From Eledone cirrhosa (lineage: Eukaryota): 64,000 bases of DNA. The stretch is taken from NCBI GenBank assembly GCA_964016885.1, contig CAXHJY010000162.1:865-64864 (forward strand). The letters run 5' to 3'. Position 1 is the stretch's first letter; every line of letters starts with the position of its first letter. Positions 44,492 through 56,009 of the stretch are shown piece after piece. Below the pieces are notes generated by a model. That model ran no database searches and was not told the origin of the DNA. It saw nothing but the letters and a program-made list of their open reading frames with translations. The position numbers and the translations under genes are program-made.

Positions 44492-44496
<5 letters not shown>
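42642..44496 (+). mobile_element. Retrozyme-like ~548-nt HHR tandem array (~2.8 units) preceded by an inverted arm
   Basis: CCTTCGTTGAGCTG recurs at 42949, 43498 and 44045. The inverted arm is at 42642-42949. No ORF; the array ends in (TA)n. Confidence 0.8.
43103..43231 (+). ncRNA. HHR-like motif of the 548-nt unit (also 43652-43780, 44199-44327 and 42756-42884 minus)
   Basis: gtgcttg-CTGAGGA-gatcaaa...tttgatttt-GAAA-tttaaattt-GTC-caagcac. Stem I is a perfect 7 bp, but the stem III register is non-canonical. Confidence 0.6.
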
Positions 44497-44553
<57 letters not shown>

Positions 44554-44569
44554 ATAGAAATATATGCAT

Positions 44570-44614
<45 letters not shown>

Positions 44615-44622
<8 letters not shown>

Positions 44623-45276
44623 GAGATTCATATCCCCACAGGTACTAAGTACCCCTGGAAATATATAGGGCGTCTATGATACAGTGGTGTTCCATGGTAT
44701 TAATTTGACATACCAGAACTATAAAATTGAGATAAGCGGAGCAAGTAAAATTCAAACAATTTCTTAAAATAAATTAAAAAAATATAATTTAAATATTTAC
44801 CTAATCCATTTGCTTTTACCGACGGTTTCACCTTACAAAAGATTGGAGATCCTAGCGATCTCCAATGGAAATGTTCGGATCATCAGAGAACATTTTCCTT
44901 TCCTAGAACAGAAGTCCCAAGAACGGCAAAATATATTGCCACCTGCCAGCTAGCAGAGGATCGAATGAGGCCGTAAACTTGACCTATGCATGAACCAGCC
45001 CTTAGTAGAAGCAGGAAGTAAACATAGACGTGTTGTCTATCACGCCACTAAAAATAGCAGCTAAATAAAACAACAGATTTGTTCTCAACATAACGGAGAA
45101 AATATAAAAGGAGATTAATATCCCCACAGGTACTAAGTACCCCTGGAAATATATAGGGTATCTATGATACAGTGGTGTTCCATGGTTTTAATTTGACATA
45201 CCAGAACTATAAAATTGAGATAAGCGGAGCAAGTAAAATTCAAACAATTTCTTAAAATAAATTAAAAAAATATAAG
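44615..45276 (-). mobile_element. Retrozyme-like ~488-nt HHR unit (~1.35 tandem copies)
   Basis: A ~170-bp direct repeat starts at 44621 and 45109. HHR on the minus strand at 44811-44892: tgttct-CTGATGA-tcc...ggt-GAA-ACC gtc GGT-A-aaagca. Confidence 0.65.
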
Positions 45277-47095
45277 TTTTTCCGGTATTCCCAGGAGCAT
45301 CGAGAAAGTAAATACCCCCAGTCTGATTTTGAACCGCGTCAATGATAGTTAAATAGGCCAACCTTTGGTCTGACAGAGGTTTGGGCTCATTTTGGGGAAA
45401 GAGATTCGATGTCATATGCTGTTTCCCGCAACAAATCCGGGGCCAACGTGTTAGCTTCATCTGTGACGGTTGACGGCAAGCCATACGTCGCCAACTCACT
45501 CCCACCCATGTCGAGGAGGGCGTCCTCGATATCAATGAGTGCCCTGTTGTAGATAATTGTTTCTACTTTAGGCACAAGGCCAGCAATTACCCAGTACATT
45601 ACTGGTACTTTATTTTATCGACCCCGTCAGGATGAAAGGCAAAGTTAACCTCGGCGGGATTTGAACTCAGACTGTAAAGGGACGTAACTATGCTAGAAAG
45701 CATGGCGTCCGACCCTCTACCGATACTGCCAATCCATCCACCCTGTTGTAAATAATGCCGCTGTAAGCAACTTCCACTGAAGGATACTGCAGATGAGCCA
45801 GGCGCAGGAAATCCTCAGACATGAAGTCTCTGTACTTGACCCATAAAGATTTGGGATCACCCAATTCACACTTTTGAAGCAAAATGGCAAAGAGTTCCCG
45901 TAGACCTTTAGGTGATTTCAACAAAGCACCCTCTGCTAAAGTGGAATCCCATTGCGAATCATCTTCCAAAAGACCACGCTTAAAGCAGGCTTCCCGGTAC
46001 GTATCACATATTTCTCCATCAACAGTTTTGAGGTTCTGAAAACTTTGTGGGCCTACAACTTCATGCAGAAGAAGGCGGAGATGAAAGCACTCATGCTGAC
46101 TTGGGAGCACAGTGTAAACCCTTCCAAGACAGCTGTCAAATTTTACACCAGGATGTCTTTCAACAGCCTGACCTGACTTTCTTCGCACCCAAGTGTTTTT
46201 CGATCATATAAAGTCGGATGGAACCTGGGGGTACACAATTGTTTGCGCAAATGTATCGAATTGGCAAAGTTTGAAGAAACCTGTCAGAGTGGTCTCTTTC
46301 GGATCGGCGGCCAGCTTGGCGGCGGTTTGGTCCGTAAAGTAAACCCTTTGCCCATTTTCCAAATGTACCGCAAGCTGTACGATGGCGGGGTGCCGTTGGT
46401 GTAGGGAGAAACCAAATAGGCACCAAAAAGCTTCATTGCTACTGATGTACCGCCCCGCCAGGTATTCTGTGACCTCGTCCTTGCTATTTTCAGCTTGAAA
46501 TGCGAACATTGCGGCATCAGAGCCCTTATTTACATATTTGCATATGTATTTTATCGACTTGACGGAGATGCAAAACTCAACATTGATGTGGGCGTTGAAC
46601 ATCTTTTAGAGAAGCTGGCAGCAAGGGACCACCCATCTATTGTCGACTTGACCTCCCCTTACTGTTGTGGTGAAGTCACCATTCTCGGGCCGTCTCCACC
46701 TGTACAGGGGGTACCCGTCGCCACCAGTCTGAGTCTGGTCAACAATTTTTTGGGGGTATCCCTTACTGCACGACCCCCCTTTCAGACACGTGTGATGCTC
46801 ATTAGGACCCGACGCACACGGACCATGTTAGCTTTGGCGATGTCATGTAATTCCTGGTCAGTTGCTGGGTTAGGGATTTCAGCCGAAATGAAGCTGTCTA
46901 TGGCATTTGAATTGATTTTATCAGCTAACCAAATCAAAATGTGAGCATGTAGCAGCCCTCGTTTGTGCTATTCGACGGTGAACATGTCACATTTTACAGC
47001 CCCAAATACCTGACCCTTTTTTTATTAAAGCCATGAGTTTAGCCAGTTTCAGTCTGAACACTCTGGCAATGAGGTCATGTCCGAATAATTTTGCC
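45277..47095 (-). mobile_element. Helitron Rep/helicase pseudogene fragment, interrupted by a SINE
   Basis: HUH motif GLLHAHILIWL, KYICKYVNKGSD, QLAVHLENGQRVYF, GLLEDDSQW, and Pif1-type Walker A FLDAPGNTGKT. Several frameshifts. Confidence 0.93.
45558..45740 (-). mobile_element. Young SINE with 16-bp target-site duplication
   Basis: Flanked by CCCTGTTGTAGATAAT (45542) and CCCTGTTGTAAATAAT (45741). Confidence 0.93.
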
Positions 47096-47210
47096 CAGGA
47101 AAAAGTTTATTTGATAAGGAGGTACTGAAAAAACAGCACAGTACCTCAGAAATATATATAATAAAACATATATTTTGATTATGCGAACGTCTTCATTTAT
47201 TAATATTTTG

Positions 47211-47260
<50 letters not shown>

Positions 47261-47287
47261 CAACACACACACACGCGCGCACGCACG

Positions 47288-47357
<70 letters not shown>

Positions 47358-47361
<4 letters not shown>

Positions 47362-48029
47362 GTGCGGGCGGTATTTGAGGACACATGCATTTTTAGTCAT
47401 TATTTTATTTGACTAATTTTTATTGAACTTCTATTTCAGAAAATAACAATGAAAATAACTATGCTTACTAATGAAATGAAAAGGCATGTTGTGATTGTGG
47501 CTTTGAAGTCTAAGTATGGTGAATTAGAAATTTCTCGTTTTCTGAAAGTTGCAAGATCTTTCGTCCACCAGATTCGGTGTATACCGGAATACTCCTTATG
47601 TTTTTTAACAAGATCAAACAAGGCTCAAATGACACAAGAATGGATGGTCGACAATTTGCATGATCACATCACATCCAACATTTGGCCTCCAAATTCTCCA
47701 GATCTCAATCCACTGGACTACTATGTATGGAACAACGTTGAGAAAAAAAATGTCAATGAACACCCCCTTAGCACAAAAGATTCTTTGAAAGCCGCAATAG
47801 TTCGAGTCTGTCCGATATGAACAAGGGCCACTTAATCCGAGCTTGTAAACGATTTCGACCCCGTGTAGAGGTAGTTATTGATGCTTATGGTGGTTTTATT
47901 GAATGAAATTATTAAATTGATAATATAGGTTTATGTTTATGTTATTTTTATAAGAATACAATTTTTTTCTGTTATTATATAAGCGTTTTGTTCACCATAA
48001 ATCTGTCCTCAAATACCGTCCGCACCGTG
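47358..48029 (+). mobile_element. Internally deleted Tc1/mariner-superfamily element
   Basis: 26-bp TIRs CAYGGTGCGGRCGGTATTTGAGGACA. Transposase remnant WPPNSPDLNPLDYYVW. Confidence 0.9.
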
Positions 48030-48137
48030 ATATAAATTATATATATATATAAATCAGGAAAGAAGAGTGACACGGTTTGCTATTCGGAGTACCCTAACTG
48101 GACTACCTATAACAATAATCTGATAATCTGTTACCCC

Positions 48138-48214
<77 letters not shown>

Positions 48215-48219
<5 letters not shown>

Positions 48220-48783
48220 ATACGTACATGCATATATGTATACAGACGTACAGTAATATGTATATATATACACACATGCACACATATATATATATGCACG
48301 TATCGGTTTATCGAACATTTATTATAATGCTCGGTTTGTTTGTTTGTAAACAAACAAACAGCCCGAATTATGCCGTACAGTGTTTAGGCAACCACGTCAC
48401 CTTTTTGTTCAACACTGACACAGGAACGATGTACTAGTTTCAAGCTTATTAGCTATCGTCAGCATCATATACCTTCCTGCCAGATGGTTGAACGTCTGAA
48501 AGTATATACTTTCCTTATGCATATTAACGGCTGAGCAGCCTAATTTGCATATCGAGTGAGTTCAGTCGGCCGGACACACCGAAAACGATAAATGGAATAG
48601 AATGAAACGAAATTTCATTTTTCACCGATACGTGCATATATATATGTGTGCATGTGTGTATATATATACATACTACTCTACGTCTGTATACATATATGTA
48701 TGTACGTATACATACATACATACTTATATTTAAGTAAGTGCCGTACTAAGAGTGAGAAATGAAATTTCGTTTCATTCTATTCC

Positions 48784-48790
<7 letters not shown>
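48215..48790 (-). mobile_element. 430-nt HHR family copy with inverted arm; HHR at 48426-48468 (minus)
   Basis: atgatg-CTGACGA-tagctaataagctt-GAA-ACTAGT-A-catcgt. The inverted arm is at ~48628-48790. Confidence 0.8.
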
Positions 48791-48855
<65 letters not shown>

Positions 48856-48959
48856 ATAATAATAATATTTATATTTATATATGAAACAATTGTCAGCAAA
48901 TAAATGTATTAAACTAAGATTTGATTGCTTTAATATTTTGTATATATATATATATATAT

Positions 48960-50243
48960 AATATAAGATCAAAAGATGGTTAAAGGAGTTCAATATATTT
49001 TATTATGCGCATTTCAAAAACAAACATCATCAAACAATAATATTTGTGTTTTCATCAGATAAAACAGGAGAACATGATATGAAGGCTAAAAAAACACTTG
49101 TTGATAGTGCAGTTTTAAATCAACATATGAAAAGTGGTTTTAGATTGATGTGTGATATTGGGAAAAATATTTTATTTAGAGAGGGGGGGAGAGAAAAGGA
49201 TGAAAAGGGAAGGAGATGAGAGGGAGAGATGGGTGATAGAGAGAAAGAGATAGTTTTTATAACAGAGAGGAGATATATTTTATATAGAGGGGTTGAAAAC
49301 CGTTGGAAGATACTGTATAAATTAAAAATTTTGAAAATTAACGAAGGGAGGATATGTGCGAGGAAAAAATATATTATATTTAGGGAGGGGTGGGGGTGGA
49401 AAGGATGAAAAAAAGGGGGAGGAGATGAGAGTGAAGGTGGAAAGGGAGAGATGGGTGATAGAGAGAAAGAGATAGTTTTTATAACTGAGAAAAAGATATA
49501 ATGTTTTAATATAGAGAGGTTGGGAACCGTTGGAAGATAATGTATAAATTAAAGGAATTTGAAAATTAACGAAGGGAAATTATGTATGGAGATAGAGAGA
49601 AAAAATAACGAAGGGAGATTATGTATGGAGATAGAGAGAAAAAAAAAAAATAATAATTGTGGGTGAATATTCAAAAGGAGAAATGTAGGAATCTTAAAAT
49701 TAGCAAAGAGAAAATGTTTATGTATAGGATTTGAGAAAAATAATGTGAAGTTAAAGTTTTTATATTGAATTCATATGTATTAATAATGAGTTCGTTGATG
49801 GGGAGAAAAAAATAATAATAAATTAAGGATGAAATTGAGATTAAAAAGATTTATGATAGAGAGAAAAAATAATAATGATTGCGGATGAATACTCAAAATG
49901 TCAAAAACAAATGTTATTGTTTTACGAAGAGATATAATGAGGGTGATGAGTAAACGGGTATTATAGAGTGTATAATGCCCTTTAAAGTAAGGTAGATGGG
50001 TATATTTTAAAGAATATATGAGTATATATTAAAAAAAATATATATAATAATAAATTAAGGATGAAATTGAGATTAAAAAGATTTATGATAGAGGGATTTT
50101 TTGAAATGCGCATAATAAAATATATTGAACTCCTTTAACCATCTTTTGATCTTATATTATGCATACTCCAGTCCCACAAACTGTAGAGTGCTTCTTATCC
50201 GATATCTGCATTGCTTTATTGTACTACAATAAAACTCACCTCC

Positions 50244-50247
<4 letters not shown>
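48960..50247. mobile_element. Fold-back PLE-type insertion; intact HHR at 48997-49065 (minus)
   Basis: gttttat-CTGATGA-aaacac...gttttt-GAA-ATGCGCAT-A-ataaaat. Arm 48960-49018 is inverted at 50098-50157. Tail at 50158-50247. Confidence 0.78.
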
Positions 50248-50329
<82 letters not shown>

Positions 50330-50331
<2 letters not shown>

Positions 50332-50757
50332 AAAGAGTTAAACAAGATTCCATGAGTACATCAAAGAATGAGTTTTACAGTAGATTGGAACCACTCTACA
50401 GTAGATATTTTCCAGAGTTATTAATATTAATTCAAATATTAACAAAATAGATATTCTTGTGATCAATCAAATTTTATTATACATATTTCAGAGGTACTGA
50501 ATTAAGTTCAACAGTACGTCCTCATCAGATAAAATAAAATGATACATGACATAACCTGACATGTTAGATGGTTAAGATTTAATCAAGGTAGTCAAATTAA
50601 ATCTTAACCATCTAACATGTCAGGGTATGTCATGTATCATTTTATTTTATCTGATGAGGACGTACTGTTGAACTTAATTCAGTACCTCTGAAATATGTAT
50701 AATAAAATTTAATTGATCACAAGAATATCTATTTTGTTAATATTTGAATTAATATTA
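50330..50757 (-). mobile_element. Fold-back insertion with HHRs on both strands (50471-50535 minus, 50644-50708 plus)
   Basis: Arms at 50422-50583 and 50596-50757. attttat-CTGATGA-g gacgtactg...cagtacctct-GAA-ATATGTAT-A-ataaaat. Confidence 0.8.
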
Positions 50758-50781
50758 TATATATATAATTATATATATATA

Positions 50782-51817
50782 TTTCGTTTCTGAATTTGTT
50801 TAGCAAGATTCTTTATCTGAAATCGTGTGTTGAAACCGATATTGTTATACTTTGGGAGGGTCATGTTGCCAATAAGAAACACACGCACCAGTTGCTTTCA
50901 CTTCAATTTATTATAATAAATTTATAATAAATTTATAAATTTATAAATTTCTGGTTGGTTGGTTGGTTCCACAACCAGATAGTTGTTTATATATTGTCAT
51001 AGTTCTTTCGTCACACACTCTGTGACCTCTTCAGTGACTGGGGATTCCTTTCTTTGTTTTTGTGCCTCTCCTTTGTTCTGTCCTACGCCATTTTGTTTCT
51101 GTGTGTGTGTTGTGTGCTCAGTCTGAGGCATGCGCCACATCCGGGTGTCTGTGTGTGTTTATGTTCATTTATTTATTTGTTTATTTACATGTTACTGGTT
51201 GGTTGTTTGTTCTATGTGTGTGTGTGTGTTTTCATTTTGTCCTTAATTATAAGTTGTGATGTTGCTGTTCCACTCATATTTTCTATTTAATTTTGGTTGT
51301 AATTCTTTTATGTTTATTGCCTCTGTGATTTGTCTAATCAAATCACAGAGGCAATAAACATAAAAGAATTACAACCAAAATTAAATAGAAAATATGAGTG
51401 GAACAGCAACATCACAACTTACAATTAAGGACAAAATGAAAACACACACACACATAGAACAAACAACCAACCAGTAACATGTAAATAAACAAATAAATAA
51501 ATGAACATAAACACACACAGACACCCGGATGTGGCGCATGCGCAGACTGAGCACACAACACACACACAGAAACAAAATGGCGTAGGACAGAACAAAGGAG
51601 AGGCACAAAAACAAAGAAAGGAATCCTCAGTCACTGAAGAGGTCACAGAGTGTGTGACGAAAGAACTATGACAATATATAAACAACTATCTAGTTGTGGA
51701 ACCAACCAACCAGAAATTTATAAATTTATTATAAATTTATTATAATAAATTGAAGTGAAAGCAACTGGTGCGTGTGTTTCTTATTGGCAACATGACCCTC
51801 CCAAAGTATAACAATAT
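50782..51817 (-). mobile_element. ~980-bp palindromic insertion with HHRs on both strands (50996-51038 minus, 51630-51672 plus)
   Basis: Arms at 50839-51332 and 51339-51817 with a 6-nt spacer. gtca-CTGAAGA-g gtcaca gagtg tgtgac-GAA-AGAACT-A-tgac. Confidence 0.8.
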
Positions 51818-52437
51818 ATATATATAAAGAATTAGAAATAGAAACCAGGACTATCCATCATCAGTGGTCTACTAGCCATCATAGGTATGTATTTCTTCGC
51901 ATTACAGACCATATACCTCCGGCTAGGGCAATACAATAACTAAATTAAGTTATTGGGATAAAAAGAGTTGGGTGGAGAAAGAGAGACAGGTAAACAAACA
52001 CGAATGGTGAGGCAACGTAAAGAGAGGAAAAAATGAGAAAATCAAGTCAATGATTCATTTTGAACATAAGAACATGCGAATATTGACGTGTATGTATGTG
52101 AGTGTATGTGTGTGTATGTACATTTGTATATGTGTATCTATGTATATGTGTATGTGTGTGTATTCACATACATGTGTATATATTTATATATATATATATA
52201 TACATACACACACATGTATATGAATACACACACATACACATATACATATATACACATATACAAATGTACATACACTCACATACATACGCCACACATATAA
52301 AAGATAGTCAAAATCACAGTTCAGTAGCTACATAGCAGACAAGCAAAAACAAAAACAAAAAGTTAAAAAAATAAAAAATAAAAAAATTACATAAGAGGGG
52401 TTAATAGAAGTATATATACATATATAAAGTTGTAATA

Positions 52438-52558
52438 AAATGAAAACGAAATTTCATTTCTCACTCTTCGTATACATACATACTTACATATATAAATATA
52501 TACATGTAAGTATGTATGTATACGTACATACATATATGTATACAGACGTACAGTAGCA

Positions 52559-52642
<84 letters not shown>

Positions 52643-52912
52643 CATACAGGTACACATACATATATGCACGCATCAGTTTAGCGGACGCTTATTATAACGC
52701 CGCTTTGTTCGTTTGTAAACAAAACTGAACAGCCTGAATTTATGCCATACGGTGTTAAGGCAACCACGTCACCTTTTTGTTCAACACTGACACAGGAACG
52801 ATGTACTAGTTTCAAGCTTGTTAGCTATCATCAGCACCGTTTACCCATCTGCCAGATAGCCAGAAAGTGCCATACTAAGAGTGAGAAATGAAATTTCGTT
52901 TTCATTTTTTTT
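52438..52912 (-). mobile_element. 430-nt HHR family copy; HHR at 52797-52841 (minus)
   Basis: aacggtg-CTGATGA-tagctaacaagctt-GAA-ACTAGT-A-catcgtt. Short inverted arm at 52866-52912. Confidence 0.8.
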
Positions 52913-53019
52913 TCAACTTAAATATATACACATATATATATATACAGGCTCACGCAAAAGCACACATAAAAATATACACTCACATATACATACATATGTA
53001 TATATATATCATACATACT

Positions 53020-53330
53020 ACGGAGATCAGAGAATCACTCCAGGTAGAACCGCTAGGTTTCCGAATTGAGATATCACAGCTCTGATACTACTATGGGCAT
53101 GTAGTTAGAATGTCTCAGGAAAGAATCGCTAAACAGATTTTACGATCAAAACCAACCGATCGGAGACCCCGAGCAAGATGGTTGGATAACATCCTTGAGC
53201 TTGGCTGGTTTCGCTTGGAGATCCTGCCGGATCAGTTAGAGACGGTTGCATCTGACAGGACCCTCTGGAAGGAGTGTTTGAGGACTCTGCCGCCACGACC
53301 CTCTCAGGAAGAAGTGGAAAAGGAAGAAGT
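53020..53330 (+). mobile_element. RTE-type LINE 3' fragment (third family)
   Basis: IEISQL*YYGHVVRMSQERIAK...RPRARWLDNI...DRTLWKECLRTLPPRP. Confidence 0.8.
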
Positions 53331-53364
53331 AAATAAAGGAGTAAAGGGTAAAAGATAAATAATA

Positions 53365-53990
53365 ATTGTTCTACTTTTGGCACAAGGCCAGCAATTCACC
53401 AGTGCGTTACTGGTACTTTATTTTATCTACCCCGTAAGGATGAAAGGCAAAGTTAACCTTGGCGGGATTTGAACTCAGACCGTAAAGGGACGTAACTATG
53501 CTGGAAAGCATGGCGTCCGACCCTCTACAGATACTGCCAATCCCCCAAATAATAGTAGTGATAATAGTATGATAATGATAACAATAATTATTTCTACTTT
53601 TGGCACAAGGCCAGCAAATACCCAGTGCATTACTGGTACTTTATTTTATCGACCCCGTAAGGATGAAAGGCAAAGTTCTAGTATAGGCACATGGCCAGCA
53701 ATTTGGGGGTAGAGGAAAAATCGATTAGATCGACCCCAATGCATTACTGGTGCATTAGTTGAGCGACCCCGTAAGGATGAAAAGCAAAGCTAACCTCGGC
53801 GGGATTTGAACTCAAAGTGTAAAGGGCCGTAACTTTTTAGATTCTGAGTTTAAAAAATCGCCGGGGTTAGCTTTGCTTTTCATCCTTAGGAGTCGATAAA
53901 ATAAAGTACCAGTAATGTATAGGGCTCGATTTAATTGACTTTCCCTTCCCCTTCAAATTGCTGGCCTTGTGCCTAAAGTAGAAACAGCAA
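53365..53990. mobile_element. Cluster of four SINE copies (three minus, one plus)
   Basis: Repeated GGCACAAGGCCAGCAA and GGATGAAAGGCAAAG motifs at ~53365, ~53590 and ~53680, and inverted at ~53838-53988. Confidence 0.88.
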
Positions 53991-53997
53991 TAATAAT

Positions 53998-55720
53998 TAT
54001 TGTTTCTTTATTGGCCACAAGGGCCGACATATAGGGGACATTACAAAAGACAGGGACAGTGTGGGTTTTACAAAAAAATCGTGTAAACGATATAAAGCAA
54101 TAACAATACACAACATTACAACAATACAAATTCCCGAGAGTACACGGGGAGGGAATCCCCCTCCTCTTCAAATCAACCAGCCTAAAAGCTCATGCTCAGA
54201 GTAGGCCCATACACACGGGCCATTCTTGCAACATTCACTCACCTTTTTGCAAATGTACTGGAGGAGGGCAGCATTCCCTCTCCACCCTCACCTTCCTTTT
54301 CAAGTGAAACTCGAAAAAGGTGAAGGATTGGCCGAAGAGAAAAGTGTCTGCTTTCAGTCCTTTCAAGCTGGTCCACCACACAACCTTTTTCACGATGGCC
54401 ACCAGACAGAGAAAAATGTCCTGCTCCTCCCGGCCAAAAGAGGGCAGTAGGGCGATCTTCGCAGCCGGATCCGTCCTACACGCGATAACAGCTATTCAAC
54501 ATATCTCAACAAGTCGGTAATGCACGGACACTGGACGAGCAGGTGCAGAACGGTTTCGTCGTTCTGCGCGCATCTCGGGTAGGTCCGTCTGGCCGTACTT
54601 CTGTGCCTGTAGAGTTTATCTCAAACCGGCTGTTCCCACAGGTAGCATTGCCAAGCGAGGGATACCTGGAAGTTATTCATAGCCTCCGGCTCAAAAGTCC
54701 TCCAGAACTGACTGATCAGTTCGACTTCGTCGACGCCCAGAGCCTCTCCAAGATCATCGTCGCACTTTCCCACCACTAATCCTCTATAGAGTGGAATTTC
54801 CACTGATCGCATTACCCACCCGGAGAAGGGCAGTGAGCGTCTGGCAACATTCCAGATGCCAGATACCCAGTCTCGATCTCTTCTTGACTTAGGACTACAG
54901 CTCAATCAAAGAAACGAGCTGTGGAAAGGCCTGTCTTACAAACGGTGACCACACTTGTTCACTGTTTAAGAATATCTGAAGATGCCGCTGCCTCAGCGCA
55001 TGTTTGCGCATCATCAGCCATGGTATGCCCAGCCCTCCGCGTAGAGGATGCTAACAGCAGATGGACCGCCTCATCAATATCACTTGTCCCTTCCACAAAA
55101 AGTTGAAGAGCCGACGTTTCAATTTGGTATGGTGCGAATAGTGGTAAGACACCGCTAGCCCGTCAGCTGAAATTGCTTCCAATCGTCTCATCTAATTTAG
55201 CCACCGGCTCTCTCTCCTTTTTATTTTTTTCTAGCACTACTTCTTTAATAAAGCCTGTTGGCGTTACTCTAATCTCTCTCTTGAGAGCCCTCCACTTCCT
55301 ATTGCTGACTACCCCCTGTCAACTTACACTTAACTAAAGTATTGACCTGATCCCTGCACGCTTTACGTGCCGGAACGACATGTTCAGCTTCCAGTGACCA
55401 GGTCCTAACCCACGTGTCCTATCTAGGTCCACCATGCAGATCACAAATTTATGATCTGAATAGGCGACCGTTTGAAAATGTGGACTACCTATACTATGCT
55501 TATCTACTACCCTAATAAAAGCCCTATCAATATGCGATCTAGATGACTTTATGCAGTTGGTTCAGGTTCACACAGAGGCATTAGGAAAATCTAGTCGGTA
55601 CCTGTCAGACAGTTGGAAGTGGCTGATCAGGTACTGGAGGCACTCGTTCACACTACAACCGCCTTAAACTCTGGACTACAACCCCCACGAGACGGACCTC
55701 GTAACAGCATTGAGTGCTTC
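53998..55720 (-). mobile_element. Degenerate, internally deleted L1/Tx1-like LINE
   Basis: EN C-terminus SHIDRAFI...YSDHKFV...GHWKLN, RT remnant ADD, zinc knuckle RCAERR/ETVLHLLVQC, and 3' AATAAA. Confidence 0.8.
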
Positions 55721-55774
55721 GAACAGCACGCTAACTGTAACTTTAGTTACACACCTAAATAACACATACACATA

Positions 55775-55847
<73 letters not shown>

Positions 55848-56009
55848 ATACTATATATGTATGTCTATATATACACACACATATATATACATGCGTATAT
55901 TTATATATGCTCTCACACACACACACACACACATACACACAAATATATAAATTTAATGTAAAAAAACAAAACAATGAAAAAACACAAACCCAATTTGTAG
56001 AGTAGAGGT

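Noticed and set aside
51855-51880. CTGATGA-tgga tag tcc on the minus strand as an HHR
   Set aside because: No GAAA follows stem II, so it is at most a truncated remnant.
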